From a virus (lineage: Duplodnaviria; Caudoviricetes): a stretch of 29,493 nucleotides of DNA. The notes below the pieces were generated by a model. The model made no database searches. It was not told the origin of the DNA and saw only the letters and a program-made list of their open reading frames with translations. Shown here in pieces: positions 16,604-26,721 of the stretch (its first letter is position 1; the number at the start of each line of letters is the position of its first letter). Both the position numbers and the translations under genes were made by a program. Location: IMG/VR virus record IMGVR_UViG_3300012346_000120, positions 1-29,493 of that record. One strand, 5' to 3'.

Positions 16604-17527
16604 TTAGGCTTTAGTTATTCCGATAAACGGAAGTATTGAATTTACAGCTTGTGTTGGGTTCATTGGAGATGGAGAACTAGTCCCAAATGTAGTAGTTCGA
16701 GTGAATGCTGTTATTGTTGTTATTGTTGAAAATGCTATATTTATAGCGTTAGCAACTGAAATACCACTTATAGAACCACTCGGTACTAAATTGCAATGAA
16801 AAGCTAACCAATAAGTATTCCCAGCAACAAAATTAAATGTTGTTGCTGCCGTTTTAACACCACTTGTACCTAAGTCGAGATTAGCGCTTTCAAATATTTT
16901 TGTTGTTGGCGCCCCGTTATTATCTTCATATACTAAAATTCTGCCTAAATTCCCAGCAACTCCTACTGGTACATTTAAATAAAATCCAGTTGCAGTAAAT
17001 GAAAATCTTGGGATGTAAGGATAAGCAATTAGTTGATTAGCAATCATACTAAAATTACCAATACTTGTTCCGTTTAATGCTGCACTTGTTGCGTAATTTG
17101 ATAAAAATGCATTAAAATTTAGAGGCGTATGCACACCACTCGCACCACCACCACCGCTATATTGCGGAATGTTCAAAGTGTCACCCACCAAAGTAGCCGC
17201 GCCACTTGTACCCGTTGTGGTAAGCGTTAAAGCGTTTTGCTTGTCGTTAAACGTATTCCAATCAACAGCGGTTATGTAGCCGTCTGTGCTTGCATCCGCT
17301 TCGCTTATTGAAAGGTCGGGGGTTGTGCCGCCCGTTGTTGCCAAAGGTGCGTTTGTTGTAATGTCAGTTACTCCACCACCACCCGCGGCGGCGTCTATTA
17401 TATCTTGGCCAGTTACCGACTTGGTCACGTAAGAACCGCCTACCAAAGTAGAAACTTCTACTAAGTCCGTTGCTTGTAAGTCCGACCCTTTAGGGGTCAT
17501 TTGGCTAATTTTCTGTGTTAGGTTCAT
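16604..17527 (-). CDS. tail fibre / receptor-binding protein
   Basis: KISQM N-terminus; G/T-rich stalk (DWNTFNDKQNALTLTTTGTSGAATL..LNIPQY); beta-rich head. Confidence 0.75.
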   Translation of the reverse strand: MNLTQKISQMTPKGSDLQATDLVEVSTLVGGSYVTKSVTGQDIIDAAAGGGGVTDITTNAPLATTGGTTPDLSISEADASTDGYITAVDWNTFNDKQNALTLTTTGTSGAATLVGDTLNIPQYSGGGGASGVHTPLNFNAFLSNYATSAALNGTSIGNFSMIANQLIAYPYIPRFSFTATGFYLNVPVGVAGNLGRILVYEDNNGAPTTKIFESANLDLGTSGVKTAATTFNFVAGNTYWLAFHCNLVPSGSISGISVANAINIAFSTITTITAFTRTTTFGTSSPSPMNPTQAVNSILPFIGITKA

Positions 17528-17532
17528 TAATA

Positions 17533-17814
17533 TTAATTATTTAAATTGTATGCTAACGCCTCAATCCATGACCCATTCATAGGTTCACTAGCTCCGAAAT
17601 ATTGCGCTAATGATTGTTCATAAGAATTACCTACCACGTGCGGGGCATTAATTGCCTCGCAAATTGCTTGTTTCCACGACCCGTTAGAAACGTTAATAGC
17701 CGCCAATCTACTGGCAATTGTTTGCCATTCGCAATTGTTAAATATTGGTGGTGTAGGATTAGAATACAAATTTGCCAATATTGTAAATACCCATGACTGG
17801 TTATAAATTTCCAT
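17533..17814 (-). CDS. hypothetical repeat protein
   Basis: Repeated NGSW.QA-like units; late motif at the ATG. Confidence 0.7.
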   Translation of the reverse strand: MEIYNQSWVFTILANLYSNPTPPIFNNCEWQTIASRLAAINVSNGSWKQAICEAINAPHVVGNSYEQSLAQYFGASEPMNGSWIEALAYNLNN

Positions 17815-17827
17815 AACAATATTAAAA

Positions 17828-18277
17828 TTAATTCGGTTCTTGTTTAAGCGGTACGGCGCAATCAGTCCAGTTATTCACGGCGTAAGTTGCAGTCATTACC
17901 CACCCCGCTGCGTAATCTAAAAGGTCATTATTTAAAGGCTCAAAACTAGGCGTGTCCACTAGGTCAAAAGCGTAATTTGTAGAATTAATAAAGTACGTGT
18001 AAAGGTCGTACAATATTTGCTGGCAGTCGCTTAGAATTACGTTAATATTCGCGCGGTCTTTTTGGATAATGTCGAAACAATAAATCTCTAAGACAAAGTC
18101 GTTCGTGTTTTCAGTAGCTAAAGCCGTGACGGGTACAATGTAAACAATAGGGTATTTTTCGTCCTTTGTAGCGAAGTTAAACATTTGTTCTTTGAAATCC
18201 GAACCTACCTTTTTAACTTGTATGTGGTTGTCGTAAAACGTTGTAATTTCGTTTATAAGTGCTTGGTAACTTGTCAT
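17828..18277 (-). CDS. putative tail terminator
   Basis: YPIVYI...EP...AAGW; next to tape measure gene. Confidence 0.55.
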   Translation of the reverse strand: MTSYQALINEITTFYDNHIQVKKVGSDFKEQMFNFATKDEKYPIVYIVPVTALATENTNDFVLEIYCFDIIQKDRANINVILSDCQQILYDLYTYFINSTNYAFDLVDTPSFEPLNNDLLDYAAGWVMTATYAVNNWTDCAVPLKQEPN

Positions 18278-20301
18278 AATTCAGAACCTTGTTTGATTTT
18301 ATTTATTTTAGTTTGTGTGCTTGTTATGTCTGTTTCACTTACAACCGCTTGAACTACAAAACTAGGTGAAGCGCTTGCGCTCTTAGGTTGCCCCGCGGTG
18401 TTTAAGTTGTTGCCTTGACCGAACAAGTTTACTTGCGGTACTATGGCCGCCGCTGTTGACGAACTAGCCGAAGACGAACCCCCGCTAGACGCAGTAGCCG
18501 ACCCGCTAGGGTTGCTAAGTAATTGCTTCGCCTTTACCATGTTTGTGGTAATTTGTAAGATACCGCTAGCAAATTGCGCGGCACCCGCCAAACCCCCAGT
18601 AACTCCGTTTAATGCGTTTGCATTTGCCGCCGCAACTAAGGAACTTATTGCCTTAGCCGTATCAATACCAATTTGAACCAAAGCGCTAGCCTTGTTTATC
18701 TTTTCAATTTTCTTTTGGTCTTTTACAACTAAGCTAGTAAGGTTTAATAAACTTTGTGCATAGTCCCCCGCTGCTTGTACTTTCGCGTCGCGTATTTGCT
18801 TAGCTAGTTCAATTTGAGCTAGCGCGTCTTGCTTTTCTTTTTCGGCGTACTTTTTATTTATTTCTTCTTCTTTTTTCTTTTGTTCTTCTTTAAGAACGAC
18901 AGCGTCTAGCCCGTATCTTTCAGCCTCAGCTATTAACGCGTCGTAGTGGTATTTATTTGTTTCAAGTTCGCGTTGTTGATCAGTTAACCCAGCTTGGTAA
19001 ATTTGCTCTTGTATTTCCTCGGCCTTTTGTGCTTCAGCTTCATAGTAAGACTTTACACCCGCTGCAACTTGTTCGCGGCGTTTCGCGTCGGCGTCAGCTT
19101 GCACCTTAGCTGCCTTGTCTAGTTCAGCTTGCTTTTGCGCTTCGTAAAGTTTGGTAAGTTCTACTTTTTCTTTGCCAGTTAAATTTTCGTTTTTCTTTAC
19201 GTCTTCAATTAGGCGCTTATACTTCTCATTTGTAGCAGCTATTTCGCGTTCGGTTTCGTCGGCAATTAAACTTATTTCAATATCTTTAATTGTACGCTGT
19301 GCGTCTAGTCTATTTTTAGCGTATGCCTTAGCATTTTCAGCGGCTTTCTTAGCGTTTTCTTTTGCCTTTTCCGCTTGTTCTTTGTCGTCTTCTATTTGTA
19401 ATAAAGCACGTTCTTTACGCCCTTCACTTATAATTTTCTTTTCAGCTTCTATTTGTTCGCGTAATTTCTTACGGCGTTCTAGGTTATCCTTAGACGCAAT
19501 TTTTTGTAATGCGGCGTATTCCTTTTGTTGGTCTTTTAAACGCCCTTGCGCTTCTTTACTTATTGCCTTACTCTTAGCTTTTTCTAGTTCGGTGGTATCT
19601 TTACCCGCTGCCTTTGCTTTTGCTATTTCAATGTCGTAAGAATCGGCAATTTTCTCGGCGCGTTTTTTAGAACTTTCGGCGGCCTTTTCGTTGGCCTTAC
19701 CCATTTTCTCGGCGTTTTCTTCGGCTGCGTATTGGGTTAAACCTAGCCAGTCGGTCATTTCTTTAAAGCCGTCAATTATGGCGTTTATAGGAATCATTAA
19801 AAAGTCGAACGCTTTTTGTAAAATTCCTATTTTATTTAGGAAAATACCTATGCCTACTACAATAGCAGTAATAACTGCGACAAGTAAAAAGATAGGGTTG
19901 GCTAGTATTTGCATTCCTAGTTTAACGAAAGCCCCGCCTAGTGTTTTGATAGTTCCCGTAATGCCTTTAATTGCGCCCGAAATGTCAGCTTTGCCTAGCT
20001 TACCTAAGTTTGTGGCAAACACTTTCGACTTTTCGTTAGCTTCTTCAAAGTCTAAAGACATTAAACTAGACTTAATTCCGTCGAATGAATTGCCAATTTG
20101 TTCAAATTTAGAACCCGACGCGAACACACTTACAGCTTCGTTTGCGTCTTTTATCTTATCAGAAAGCTCACCCGCTTTTTGTGCAAGTGCTGCCATTTGT
20201 GTGGGGTCAGTTGCCGCCGCTATTTCGGCTTTTAACTGCCTTAACTCGGCTTTCATTGAGCCGACGCCCGTAAGTTTTAAAGGTATTGTGACTTCATTCA
20301 T
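18274..20301 (-). CDS. tape measure protein
   Basis: A/K/E-rich coiled coil, ANPIFLLVAVITAIV hydrophobic block, QAVVSETDIT C-terminus. Confidence 0.88.
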   Translation of the reverse strand: MNEVTIPLKLTGVGSMKAELRQLKAEIAAATDPTQMAALAQKAGELSDKIKDANEAVSVFASGSKFEQIGNSFDGIKSSLMSLDFEEANEKSKVFATNLGKLGKADISGAIKGITGTIKTLGGAFVKLGMQILANPIFLLVAVITAIVVGIGIFLNKIGILQKAFDFLMIPINAIIDGFKEMTDWLGLTQYAAEENAEKMGKANEKAAESSKKRAEKIADSYDIEIAKAKAAGKDTTELEKAKSKAISKEAQGRLKDQQKEYAALQKIASKDNLERRKKLREQIEAEKKIISEGRKERALLQIEDDKEQAEKAKENAKKAAENAKAYAKNRLDAQRTIKDIEISLIADETEREIAATNEKYKRLIEDVKKNENLTGKEKVELTKLYEAQKQAELDKAAKVQADADAKRREQVAAGVKSYYEAEAQKAEEIQEQIYQAGLTDQQRELETNKYHYDALIAEAERYGLDAVVLKEEQKKKEEEINKKYAEKEKQDALAQIELAKQIRDAKVQAAGDYAQSLLNLTSLVVKDQKKIEKINKASALVQIGIDTAKAISSLVAAANANALNGVTGGLAGAAQFASGILQITTNMVKAKQLLSNPSGSATASSGGSSSASSSTAAAIVPQVNLFGQGNNLNTAGQPKSASASPSFVVQAVVSETDITSTQTKINKIKQGSEL

Positions 20302-20314
20302 AACAATATTACTT

Positions 20315-23026
20315 TTAGTAGGTGCGAATTTCTAGGGTGGTGTTGTTTAGTACGTCGTCTTGATGGCTATGGCCGCTAGTTCTACACGTTACAATTACTA
20401 TATTCCCGTCCGTGTTAATGTAGGAACTCGTCAAGAAGTCATGTTCTACGTTGTTGATCATTACGAAGGTATACAACGGGTCGAAAGGCGCTATCGGCGT
20501 TCCTAAGTATTCACCCGAAGCGGTGCGCGTCCAAGTTAATAAGCCTATGTTATTGCTTAATTCTATGGCCGTAGGGGCAGCCGTTCCCGTTTGCGTTAGG
20601 TTAGCTATGTATGTAGAACTTTGAACCGCCGCGCCGTTTATTCTAGGCGTTACTATCCCGTCTTCGTTTAGCGTTATGCCGTCGCCAATTACCAACCCTC
20701 GCACGCCTTGCGCTATTGTGTTACCGCGACCCATTACAGCAACTTGAGAACCTTCTAGTATTACGTTACCAGAAATAGCCGAAGACCTAAGCACGGAATT
20801 TAAAGCGGCTTGAACATTCGGGTTTGGTGTAGGGTTACCCGTGTTTGTAATGAAAGGCGCTAAGTTTATTTCGGTGTCTACGCTTATAAGTTCGACTTTG
20901 GTAAGGCCGTCCGTGTTTGCGTTGTAATCAATTACTCGGTTAATATTCCACCAAGAATTGTCTATGCGTATTTTGTCGCTAAGCTTTAGACTATGTATGT
21001 CATTTTCTTTCAAGTAGAAAAACGCACTTAGCATTTTACCCTCGTTAATTTGCTGAATTGTACGACGCCAATACATATTGTAAAGCGTGTTGTTAGTCAG
21101 CGTTTGCGGTGTGTAATAGTAAAAGTCACACGTCCCGAAGTTAATGTCGAAGCTAGGCGTTAACGCGTTGTCGAAATGCGTAATAGCTGGGTAAGTCGTA
21201 ACCCCGTAAGTACCCGTTACACCCCCGTCGATAATGTCGTAAGATCCGCAGCTTTGTTCGCCGCCGTCGTAAAGTATTCTTATGTTCGTCTTAGGCGCTT
21301 GGCCGTCAATCATGGGTACAATTGCGCCGAATGTTGTTTGGGCTATTGGCGTCGGGCTAAACAAAAGTTCTTTCGTGTCTACGTCTTTAACGTACTCACT
21401 ATTAAAAATGTATTCTTGCTGTCCGTATATTTCGCGTGTCGCATCAAAATACAACGTGTTTGGCGTGTCCGTGTCTTGTTTGTAGGTTAAGACTAAACGC
21501 TTGTTTGTGACGTCGGGTAAGAACTCTAGGTTTTGCTCGCGGTCTTTGGCTAGTTTATATGTCCAGTCGCGTTCGGTTCCGTTGTCGTAGTATTCGTCGC
21601 GGTGTGTTAAGATTATGTTGTTAGGTTGGTTCGGGTCTACGTCGGCAAACAAATTGTACATTTGAAAGATTGACTTAACAAAGTCGCTTTGCTTTACCTT
21701 TTGTGGCACATATTGGTTCATTGTAATGACCCCGCCAATTGGTTGCACGTAGCTGTTAGGTATTATTTCAAGACGTATATCAATAATATCAATATTGACG
21801 TTTACTTGCGTTGCTACACCCGCCGAAGTTCGCCACGCGTACTGCCCAAATGTCATGTTTGAAATCAGACCAGCACGCAATTCTAGAATATCACCCGCTG
21901 AAATGAAAGGCGAAGGCGTTGTTATTCCCGTATTTTGATACGTTCCTAAAATAGTTGTACCAGATCCTAGCGGCGTACTAATTACAATAGGCGTAAGAAA
22001 TGAACTTGCACCTTGTCCGATAGGGCTAACGGCTTGTAAGTACGGCGTAAACGTTCTAGGTGCAGCTACATAAGTACCAGACTGCGAGTTGAAAACGTAT
22101 GGTTGCACGTCACTAGCCCCAGTGTTTTCAAACGTTACCTCATAAGTAATATTAAACTTGTATTCGTAAGACTGAGAAGCCGACGGGTCTACGTCCGTAG
22201 GTGCGGTGTATTCACCCGTAGTAGGGTCAAATATGCCTTGCGTGTCTAACGTTTCAGTCCAACCCGTAAGCGTTTCGAAAAAGCCTAGAAAGTAGCCGTT
22301 TGTTGGTTGTGTGTTGCTAGTGGTGTACGTGTTGCGCGCTTCGACTTTGTAGTCTGTCCAGTCTATTTGGTTTTCTTCGCCGTTGTAAGGAATGAGTAAT
22401 TTATCAAACCTAGCGTTTTGTAAGTTCGCCCATGTGTAGGTAAAACCCGCGTTGGCAAATATGCGGTCGAAATAAGTCTTCGCGTAAATAGCGGGCTTAA
22501 TTTGGCGGACGTTGTAAAGGTTGTCCGTGTCGTAAGGTAAGACGTATTTAAACCCGTTGGCTTGCGTAAAACTAAAGCTGCCAATTATTGCGCTCGAATT
22601 GCTAAAGTGGTCTAGGTCGCTAAAGTCTAGGTCGGTTAGTTCGGCGTTTGTTATGGCCGTAAATAGTTCGGCTTTCGTGTCTTTGATTAGAACCTCATAG
22701 TTTACAACTTGTTCATGTGCGTCCGTAAGTTGTGACTTGTTTACGGCTATCAATTGCAACACGGCGTTTTCCATGATCACCACGTCGTTTTGTGTGACTT
22801 GGCAATAGGTCAATTGCGAAACGTCAAACGTACCCGCGTCTATATTGACGTCGTAGTAATGATTAAGAAGCTGGTTGTTGTTGTCCGTTCCCGCTAGTAC
22901 AATAGTCTTTGAAAACGTCCCCGTGCGTTTGGTTATGTCGCGTATTTCACCAACTGAAAAGGTAAGCGGAAAGCTAACGTCTTGGCGCACGTCTAGCACG
23001 CCCGTGTCTAAAATAATCTTAACCAT
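20315..23026 (-). CDS. large tail tip/hub protein
   Basis: LTFSVGEIRDITKRTGTFSKTI, QSDFVKSIFQMYNL, TKVELI; 903 aa in tail module. Confidence 0.75.
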   Translation of the reverse strand: MVKIILDTGVLDVRQDVSFPLTFSVGEIRDITKRTGTFSKTIVLAGTDNNNQLLNHYYDVNIDAGTFDVSQLTYCQVTQNDVVIMENAVLQLIAVNKSQLTDAHEQVVNYEVLIKDTKAELFTAITNAELTDLDFSDLDHFSNSSAIIGSFSFTQANGFKYVLPYDTDNLYNVRQIKPAIYAKTYFDRIFANAGFTYTWANLQNARFDKLLIPYNGEENQIDWTDYKVEARNTYTTSNTQPTNGYFLGFFETLTGWTETLDTQGIFDPTTGEYTAPTDVDPSASQSYEYKFNITYEVTFENTGASDVQPYVFNSQSGTYVAAPRTFTPYLQAVSPIGQGASSFLTPIVISTPLGSGTTILGTYQNTGITTPSPFISAGDILELRAGLISNMTFGQYAWRTSAGVATQVNVNIDIIDIRLEIIPNSYVQPIGGVITMNQYVPQKVKQSDFVKSIFQMYNLFADVDPNQPNNIILTHRDEYYDNGTERDWTYKLAKDREQNLEFLPDVTNKRLVLTYKQDTDTPNTLYFDATREIYGQQEYIFNSEYVKDVDTKELLFSPTPIAQTTFGAIVPMIDGQAPKTNIRILYDGGEQSCGSYDIIDGGVTGTYGVTTYPAITHFDNALTPSFDINFGTCDFYYYTPQTLTNNTLYNMYWRRTIQQINEGKMLSAFFYLKENDIHSLKLSDKIRIDNSWWNINRVIDYNANTDGLTKVELISVDTEINLAPFITNTGNPTPNPNVQAALNSVLRSSAISGNVILEGSQVAVMGRGNTIAQGVRGLVIGDGITLNEDGIVTPRINGAAVQSSTYIANLTQTGTAAPTAIELSNNIGLLTWTRTASGEYLGTPIAPFDPLYTFVMINNVEHDFLTSSYINTDGNIVIVTCRTSGHSHQDDVLNNTTLEIRTY

Positions 23027-24488
23027 TGATTGCGTCGTTATTTGCTAGCTTGACAACTAGGGTTTGCTTAATTAGGTTCTTGTTACGTTGTTTAAACACT
23101 TCGTAAGAGTTATTGGTCACAATTACAGGTAGGTAGTTCGTGCTTTCGGGTACGCGAACGGGGCAGCCGTTTTCGTCTATTACTGGTATGCCGTCTTCTG
23201 TTGTTAGGTAAGTGACAAGCTTAAAGAATACTTGCGGGCTAGTTACCAATTCCTCAAAGTAAGTAGCCATGTTTTCGGTCATCCAGTTGCTGTTTAATTC
23301 TAGCGTCTTTACGACGTTTATGTTAAACGTGCTGAACCCGAATTCTTCATAATTATAATTCCATTGGCCACCGCTTACGTAGCCTTGAACGTCTTTATTG
23401 TACTCGTCGCGTTGCACTTCGCCACGTTCGTAGCTCTTAAGTTGAAACGCAAAGCTAGACCACGAACCCATGCGATCCAAAAAGCACAAATGGTATTCGT
23501 TAATTTGCACGCGTCGGTCTAGGTTCACTCGGTACTTAACGGACTTTTGGCCGCCGTCGTCGTAGAAAAAGTCGTAATAGGTTGTGTCGGGTTTTACTAG
23601 GGGTAAAGTTCCAGCAGCTATTGTAAGAACACCCGCGTTGTTTGGGCCTACTGCGACGCCTTCGATAGTTGAATTGTTTGTAAGTAGTTTTGTTAGTACG
23701 TCGCCGTTCGAGTTTTCAAAGACTATCTTTTTTCCTATTCGTCCGCGTAAGTTAAGCCAAAGGTCTTGACCTAGTGTTGCGTTAAATTCCGTTTGAGGTT
23801 GGTTGGTAAGCCAAAGCTTTGTAACGCCGTTAGGGTTGTACGTGTTTTCGTCATATGTCGGGAACTCAATAAAGCGTCTAGCGCCGTTAAAAACGCGTTT
23901 AACGTCAAAGTCCGTAATGTCGTAAGTAACTACTTTTCGTTGGTCAGCGTATACCACCGAGCCGTTAACGTTGGCGTCCGTTACGCTAGACCATGACACG
24001 CTAACTTCAAACCATGCGGGGTCGGCGTTGGTAACCGAATGCAAGCCTTCTAACAATGGGTTGGCCGTACCGCCGTCGTCCTGTGTTATGTTTATTTGGT
24101 CTCCTACTGCGAAAGTATTTGTGACATTCACGCGAACGAAACCGCCCGAGTTGGTAAGTGCTGAGGTGTAATTGAATTGCGCTAGGTATTCTTCGCCCGT
24201 CTTTACTTCGTAGTTGTAGTAACTATTGACCGCGTCGTAGTCCGTTGTAATAGTTGGTTGGAAATCCCAGCTAACGTATGAACTTAGAAACTTAGATAGG
24301 TCAAGTTCGCCGTACCCTGTGCCAAAGGTTGGTAAGACCTTAAAGCGTCCGATTAGGGTTGCGCCGTTGTATACGTCGAAAATGTACTTGAAGCCGTCTA
24401 GGTTCTTGTTAGTTGAGTCGATTATAAACTTTACTGGGTTGTAAGCGGGTGTAAAGCTTTGGGGTTGTGCTATTATTGTTTGTGCCAT
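23019..24488 (-). CDS. tail protein (distal tail-like)
   Basis: PAYNP..., FLDRMGSWSSFAF, LNSNWM...EELVTSPQV. Confidence 0.7.
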   Translation of the reverse strand: MAQTIIAQPQSFTPAYNPVKFIIDSTNKNLDGFKYIFDVYNGATLIGRFKVLPTFGTGYGELDLSKFLSSYVSWDFQPTITTDYDAVNSYYNYEVKTGEEYLAQFNYTSALTNSGGFVRVNVTNTFAVGDQINITQDDGGTANPLLEGLHSVTNADPAWFEVSVSWSSVTDANVNGSVVYADQRKVVTYDITDFDVKRVFNGARRFIEFPTYDENTYNPNGVTKLWLTNQPQTEFNATLGQDLWLNLRGRIGKKIVFENSNGDVLTKLLTNNSTIEGVAVGPNNAGVLTIAAGTLPLVKPDTTYYDFFYDDGGQKSVKYRVNLDRRVQINEYHLCFLDRMGSWSSFAFQLKSYERGEVQRDEYNKDVQGYVSGGQWNYNYEEFGFSTFNINVVKTLELNSNWMTENMATYFEELVTSPQVFFKLVTYLTTEDGIPVIDENGCPVRVPESTNYLPVIVTNNSYEVFKQRNKNLIKQTLVVKLANNDAING

Positions 24489-24516
24489 AACTATATTAAT
24501 TTGCGCCCGTCTTTAA

Positions 24517-25668
24517 TTAGAAAGCAAAGTAGGCGTCGTCGGTGAAGTATTGTTCTTTTATGTAGGTCGTTGCGTACCTAGTGGCGTCCATTGCGTCATC
24601 ATAAAGCTTTACGGGTTCGTCTAGGATTTGGTCGCCTACCTTTTTCCATTTATAATTCTGGTATTCTTTCTTTAGGTGTTCGTTTTCAAGACAGAACACG
24701 CCGAAAGTCTTTATGTTATCAATGCCTTTTTTAACGGACTTGTTCGCGTTCAAAACATTGTACCCCGCGTTGTTCATTTCGGCAATGATTTCGGGGCGTG
24801 CGTAGTCGGCAATTATTTCGGTTTCCTTTTCGATGTTTAGGTCAGCGAGGCGGTCGATGAGGTTCGAGGTGGTTAGGTAGCTTTCGTAAATTACGGGTTC
24901 AATGAATATATCTTTTTCGTGCCAATAGACGCGAACTAACGCGGTCGGGTGATTGTACCCAAAGTCTAAGCCATAGACGAACTGAGTAAAGCGTGAAGGG
25001 CGATGTAGTGCAAATGTCCAGTTTGAGTAAATATTACTTTTACTTATGGCCTTTTCGCCTAGTGCGTAAATTTGATAAAGGGCCTCGTCGGTTCGTTTGA
25101 GGTCTTCTATTTGGCGTTTGATGCTGTCAGGCAAAAACGGGTTGTCGCGATACGTGGATTTAATTAGGACGCTTTCGTTTTTTGGTAGGTCGTAAAGCCA
25201 TGAGGTCGAATCCGACGGGTTGTAGTCAAAAATTAGCTTTGTTTCAGTACGCATGTTTAATTGCGTGAAGTCGTCGTAAAACAACTCATTAGCCTCATTG
25301 CACCATGCTAGGTTACGCTTACGCCCCCTAATCTTTTGCTCGTCGTCTACACTAAAGAACTCAACCATGCTGCCATTTGGAAACGTGTAAATATGTTCAC
25401 TCATGTTATGGCTAGCCTTGTCGTAAATTCCAGACTCTTTAAGCACTTCGAAAAAGTCGCGCATTGCCGTTGCCCTAAGCGCTGGGAACGTCTTACGAAT
25501 GATTGAAACGACGACGCCTTTATTTTGTAGGCAGTAGACTAGAATTAGTTGGCATAAGCTGTAAGTCTTACTTGAACGGCTGCCCCCCTCGTTAATGATA
25601 AAACGCGCCTCGTTATTGTAAAGCGCGTCGTAGTTCTTTTCAAATACAATTGTACTTTGTAAGTCCAT
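24517..25668 (-). CDS. terL: terminase large subunit, PBSX family
   Basis: GGSRSSKT, WCNEANE, DYNP, STYRDNPFL, GLDFGY, DAMDATRY. Confidence 0.97.
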   Translation of the reverse strand: MDLQSTIVFEKNYDALYNNEARFIINEGGSRSSKTYSLCQLILVYCLQNKGVVVSIIRKTFPALRATAMRDFFEVLKESGIYDKASHNMSEHIYTFPNGSMVEFFSVDDEQKIRGRKRNLAWCNEANELFYDDFTQLNMRTETKLIFDYNPSDSTSWLYDLPKNESVLIKSTYRDNPFLPDSIKRQIEDLKRTDEALYQIYALGEKAISKSNIYSNWTFALHRPSRFTQFVYGLDFGYNHPTALVRVYWHEKDIFIEPVIYESYLTTSNLIDRLADLNIEKETEIIADYARPEIIAEMNNAGYNVLNANKSVKKGIDNIKTFGVFCLENEHLKKEYQNYKWKKVGDQILDEPVKLYDDAMDATRYATTYIKEQYFTDDAYFAF

Positions 25669-26099
25669 TACTCTAGTTCCTTAGTGTCGGGTCTAATTAT
25701 GCTTATCTTAATTTCGTTTATGTTTTCGCCGTTGCTTGTTACGTCCGTCTTTTCGGTGAGCGCGTTTAAGCGGGCAACTATGTTTTGTTGATACTGCCCG
25801 ACAAGCGCCCCTTCGACTTGGTCGTTTCGGATTTCTTCTTTAATACGCGTAATGATGGTTACAAATGCGTCGAACCCTTCACCTATGCCATACCAATATC
25901 GGTTTATGTCCGCGCCTTGTTTATTGCAATACGTTTTAAAGCCGTCAATTGTAAGGGGTGGTACGTGTTCTTCGTACAATACTCCTTTGTTTGTTGCTTT
26001 TGGTACTTTACGGGTTCGGCTCTTTGTTTCTATTACGTAGTTTTCGAATAGGGTGTAGAGTTCTTCTGGTTCTTTTAAGTGTCTAGGCCTTCCTGCCAT
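25668..26099 (-). CDS. terS: terminase small subunit (P22 gp3-like)
   Basis: MAGRPR...PLTIDGF...IVARLN..EKTDVTSNGE; directly upstream of terL. Confidence 0.85.
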   Translation of the reverse strand: MAGRPRHLKEPEELYTLFENYVIETKSRTRKVPKATNKGVLYEEHVPPLTIDGFKTYCNKQGADINRYWYGIGEGFDAFVTIITRIKEEIRNDQVEGALVGQYQQNIVARLNALTEKTDVTSNGENINEIKISIIRPDTKELE

Positions 26100-26277
26100 T
26101 GTTCGTGTTTTTAAAGTGGTCTAAAAAGTCGTCTTCGCTTACAAACTCAATACAAAGTAAGCCTTCTTGGTCTGTCAAGTACAAAACATAATGAACCCCG
26201 TCGCGTTCTAGCTGGTCTTGTATTGCATTACAATAAGCGGCCATGTTTTTACCCATGTCAACTACTGCGTATTTCAT
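26083..26277 (-). CDS. hypothetical protein
   Basis: ORF in operon, ATGA coupling. Confidence 0.7.
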   Translation of the reverse strand: MKYAVVDMGKNMAAYCNAIQDQLERDGVHYVLYLTDQEGLLCIEFVSEDDFLDHFKNTNNGRKA

Positions 26278-26450
26278 TTCTTAAGGCTTTTCACGTAAGC
26301 GGTCATGGCTTCGCGGGCGTGTGTTTCCCAAACTCTATTACATACGGCAAAGCGTTGGTCTTCTTTAGGGAATGAATCCACGCGCTCTTGTTCTTGCATG
26401 CAGCGTTTTAGAAAGTCGTCTTTCTTTTCCCCTTTAATTGGTTGTGACAT
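26274..26450 (-). CDS. 58 aa protein absent from ORF track (MSQPIKGEKKDDFLKRCM...QRFAVCNRVW...)
   Basis: Translated by hand; overlaps both neighbours in operon fashion. Confidence 0.8.
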   Translation of the reverse strand: MSQPIKGEKKDDFLKRCMQEQERVDSFPKEDQRFAVCNRVWETHAREAMTAYVKSLKK

Positions 26451-26721
26451 TGGTTTTGCGTTTACGTGTTTTTGTAGCTGGTTTCTTACGTGTTTCGGTT
26501 GGTTCTACGGCCTTAGGTTCTTCGACTGCGTCCGATTGCGCCGTTTCGTGGTCTATTCCCGTATAGGCAATTGTAGGCTTTTCGAATAAATAGCCTAGGC
26601 CCATAGATACATAATAAGTAAAACGTCTAGGGTCTATTTTATCCACTTCAATTTTACGCTGACCTAGAATTGAGTCGTAAATAAGAATTGTTTTTCCTTT
26701 GTATTCGTCTTTAATTTTCAT
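26434..26721 (-). CDS. hypothetical protein with basic low-complexity tail
   Basis: Start placed at MKIKDEYKGK, overlapping upstream stop. Confidence 0.7.
   Translation of the reverse strand: MKIKDEYKGKTILIYDSILGQRKIEVDKIDPRRFTYYVSMGLGYLFEKPTIAYTGIDHETAQSDAVEEPKAVEPTETRKKPATKTRKRKTNVTTN

Noticed and set aside
16604-17814. Diversity-generating retroelement or invertible fibre system
   Set aside because: No reverse transcriptase or invertase, and no template/variable repeat pair seen
18443-20335. Long plus-strand ORFs opposite the tape measure gene
   Set aside because: Antisense shadows of A/K/E-rich codons; no motifs or initiation signals
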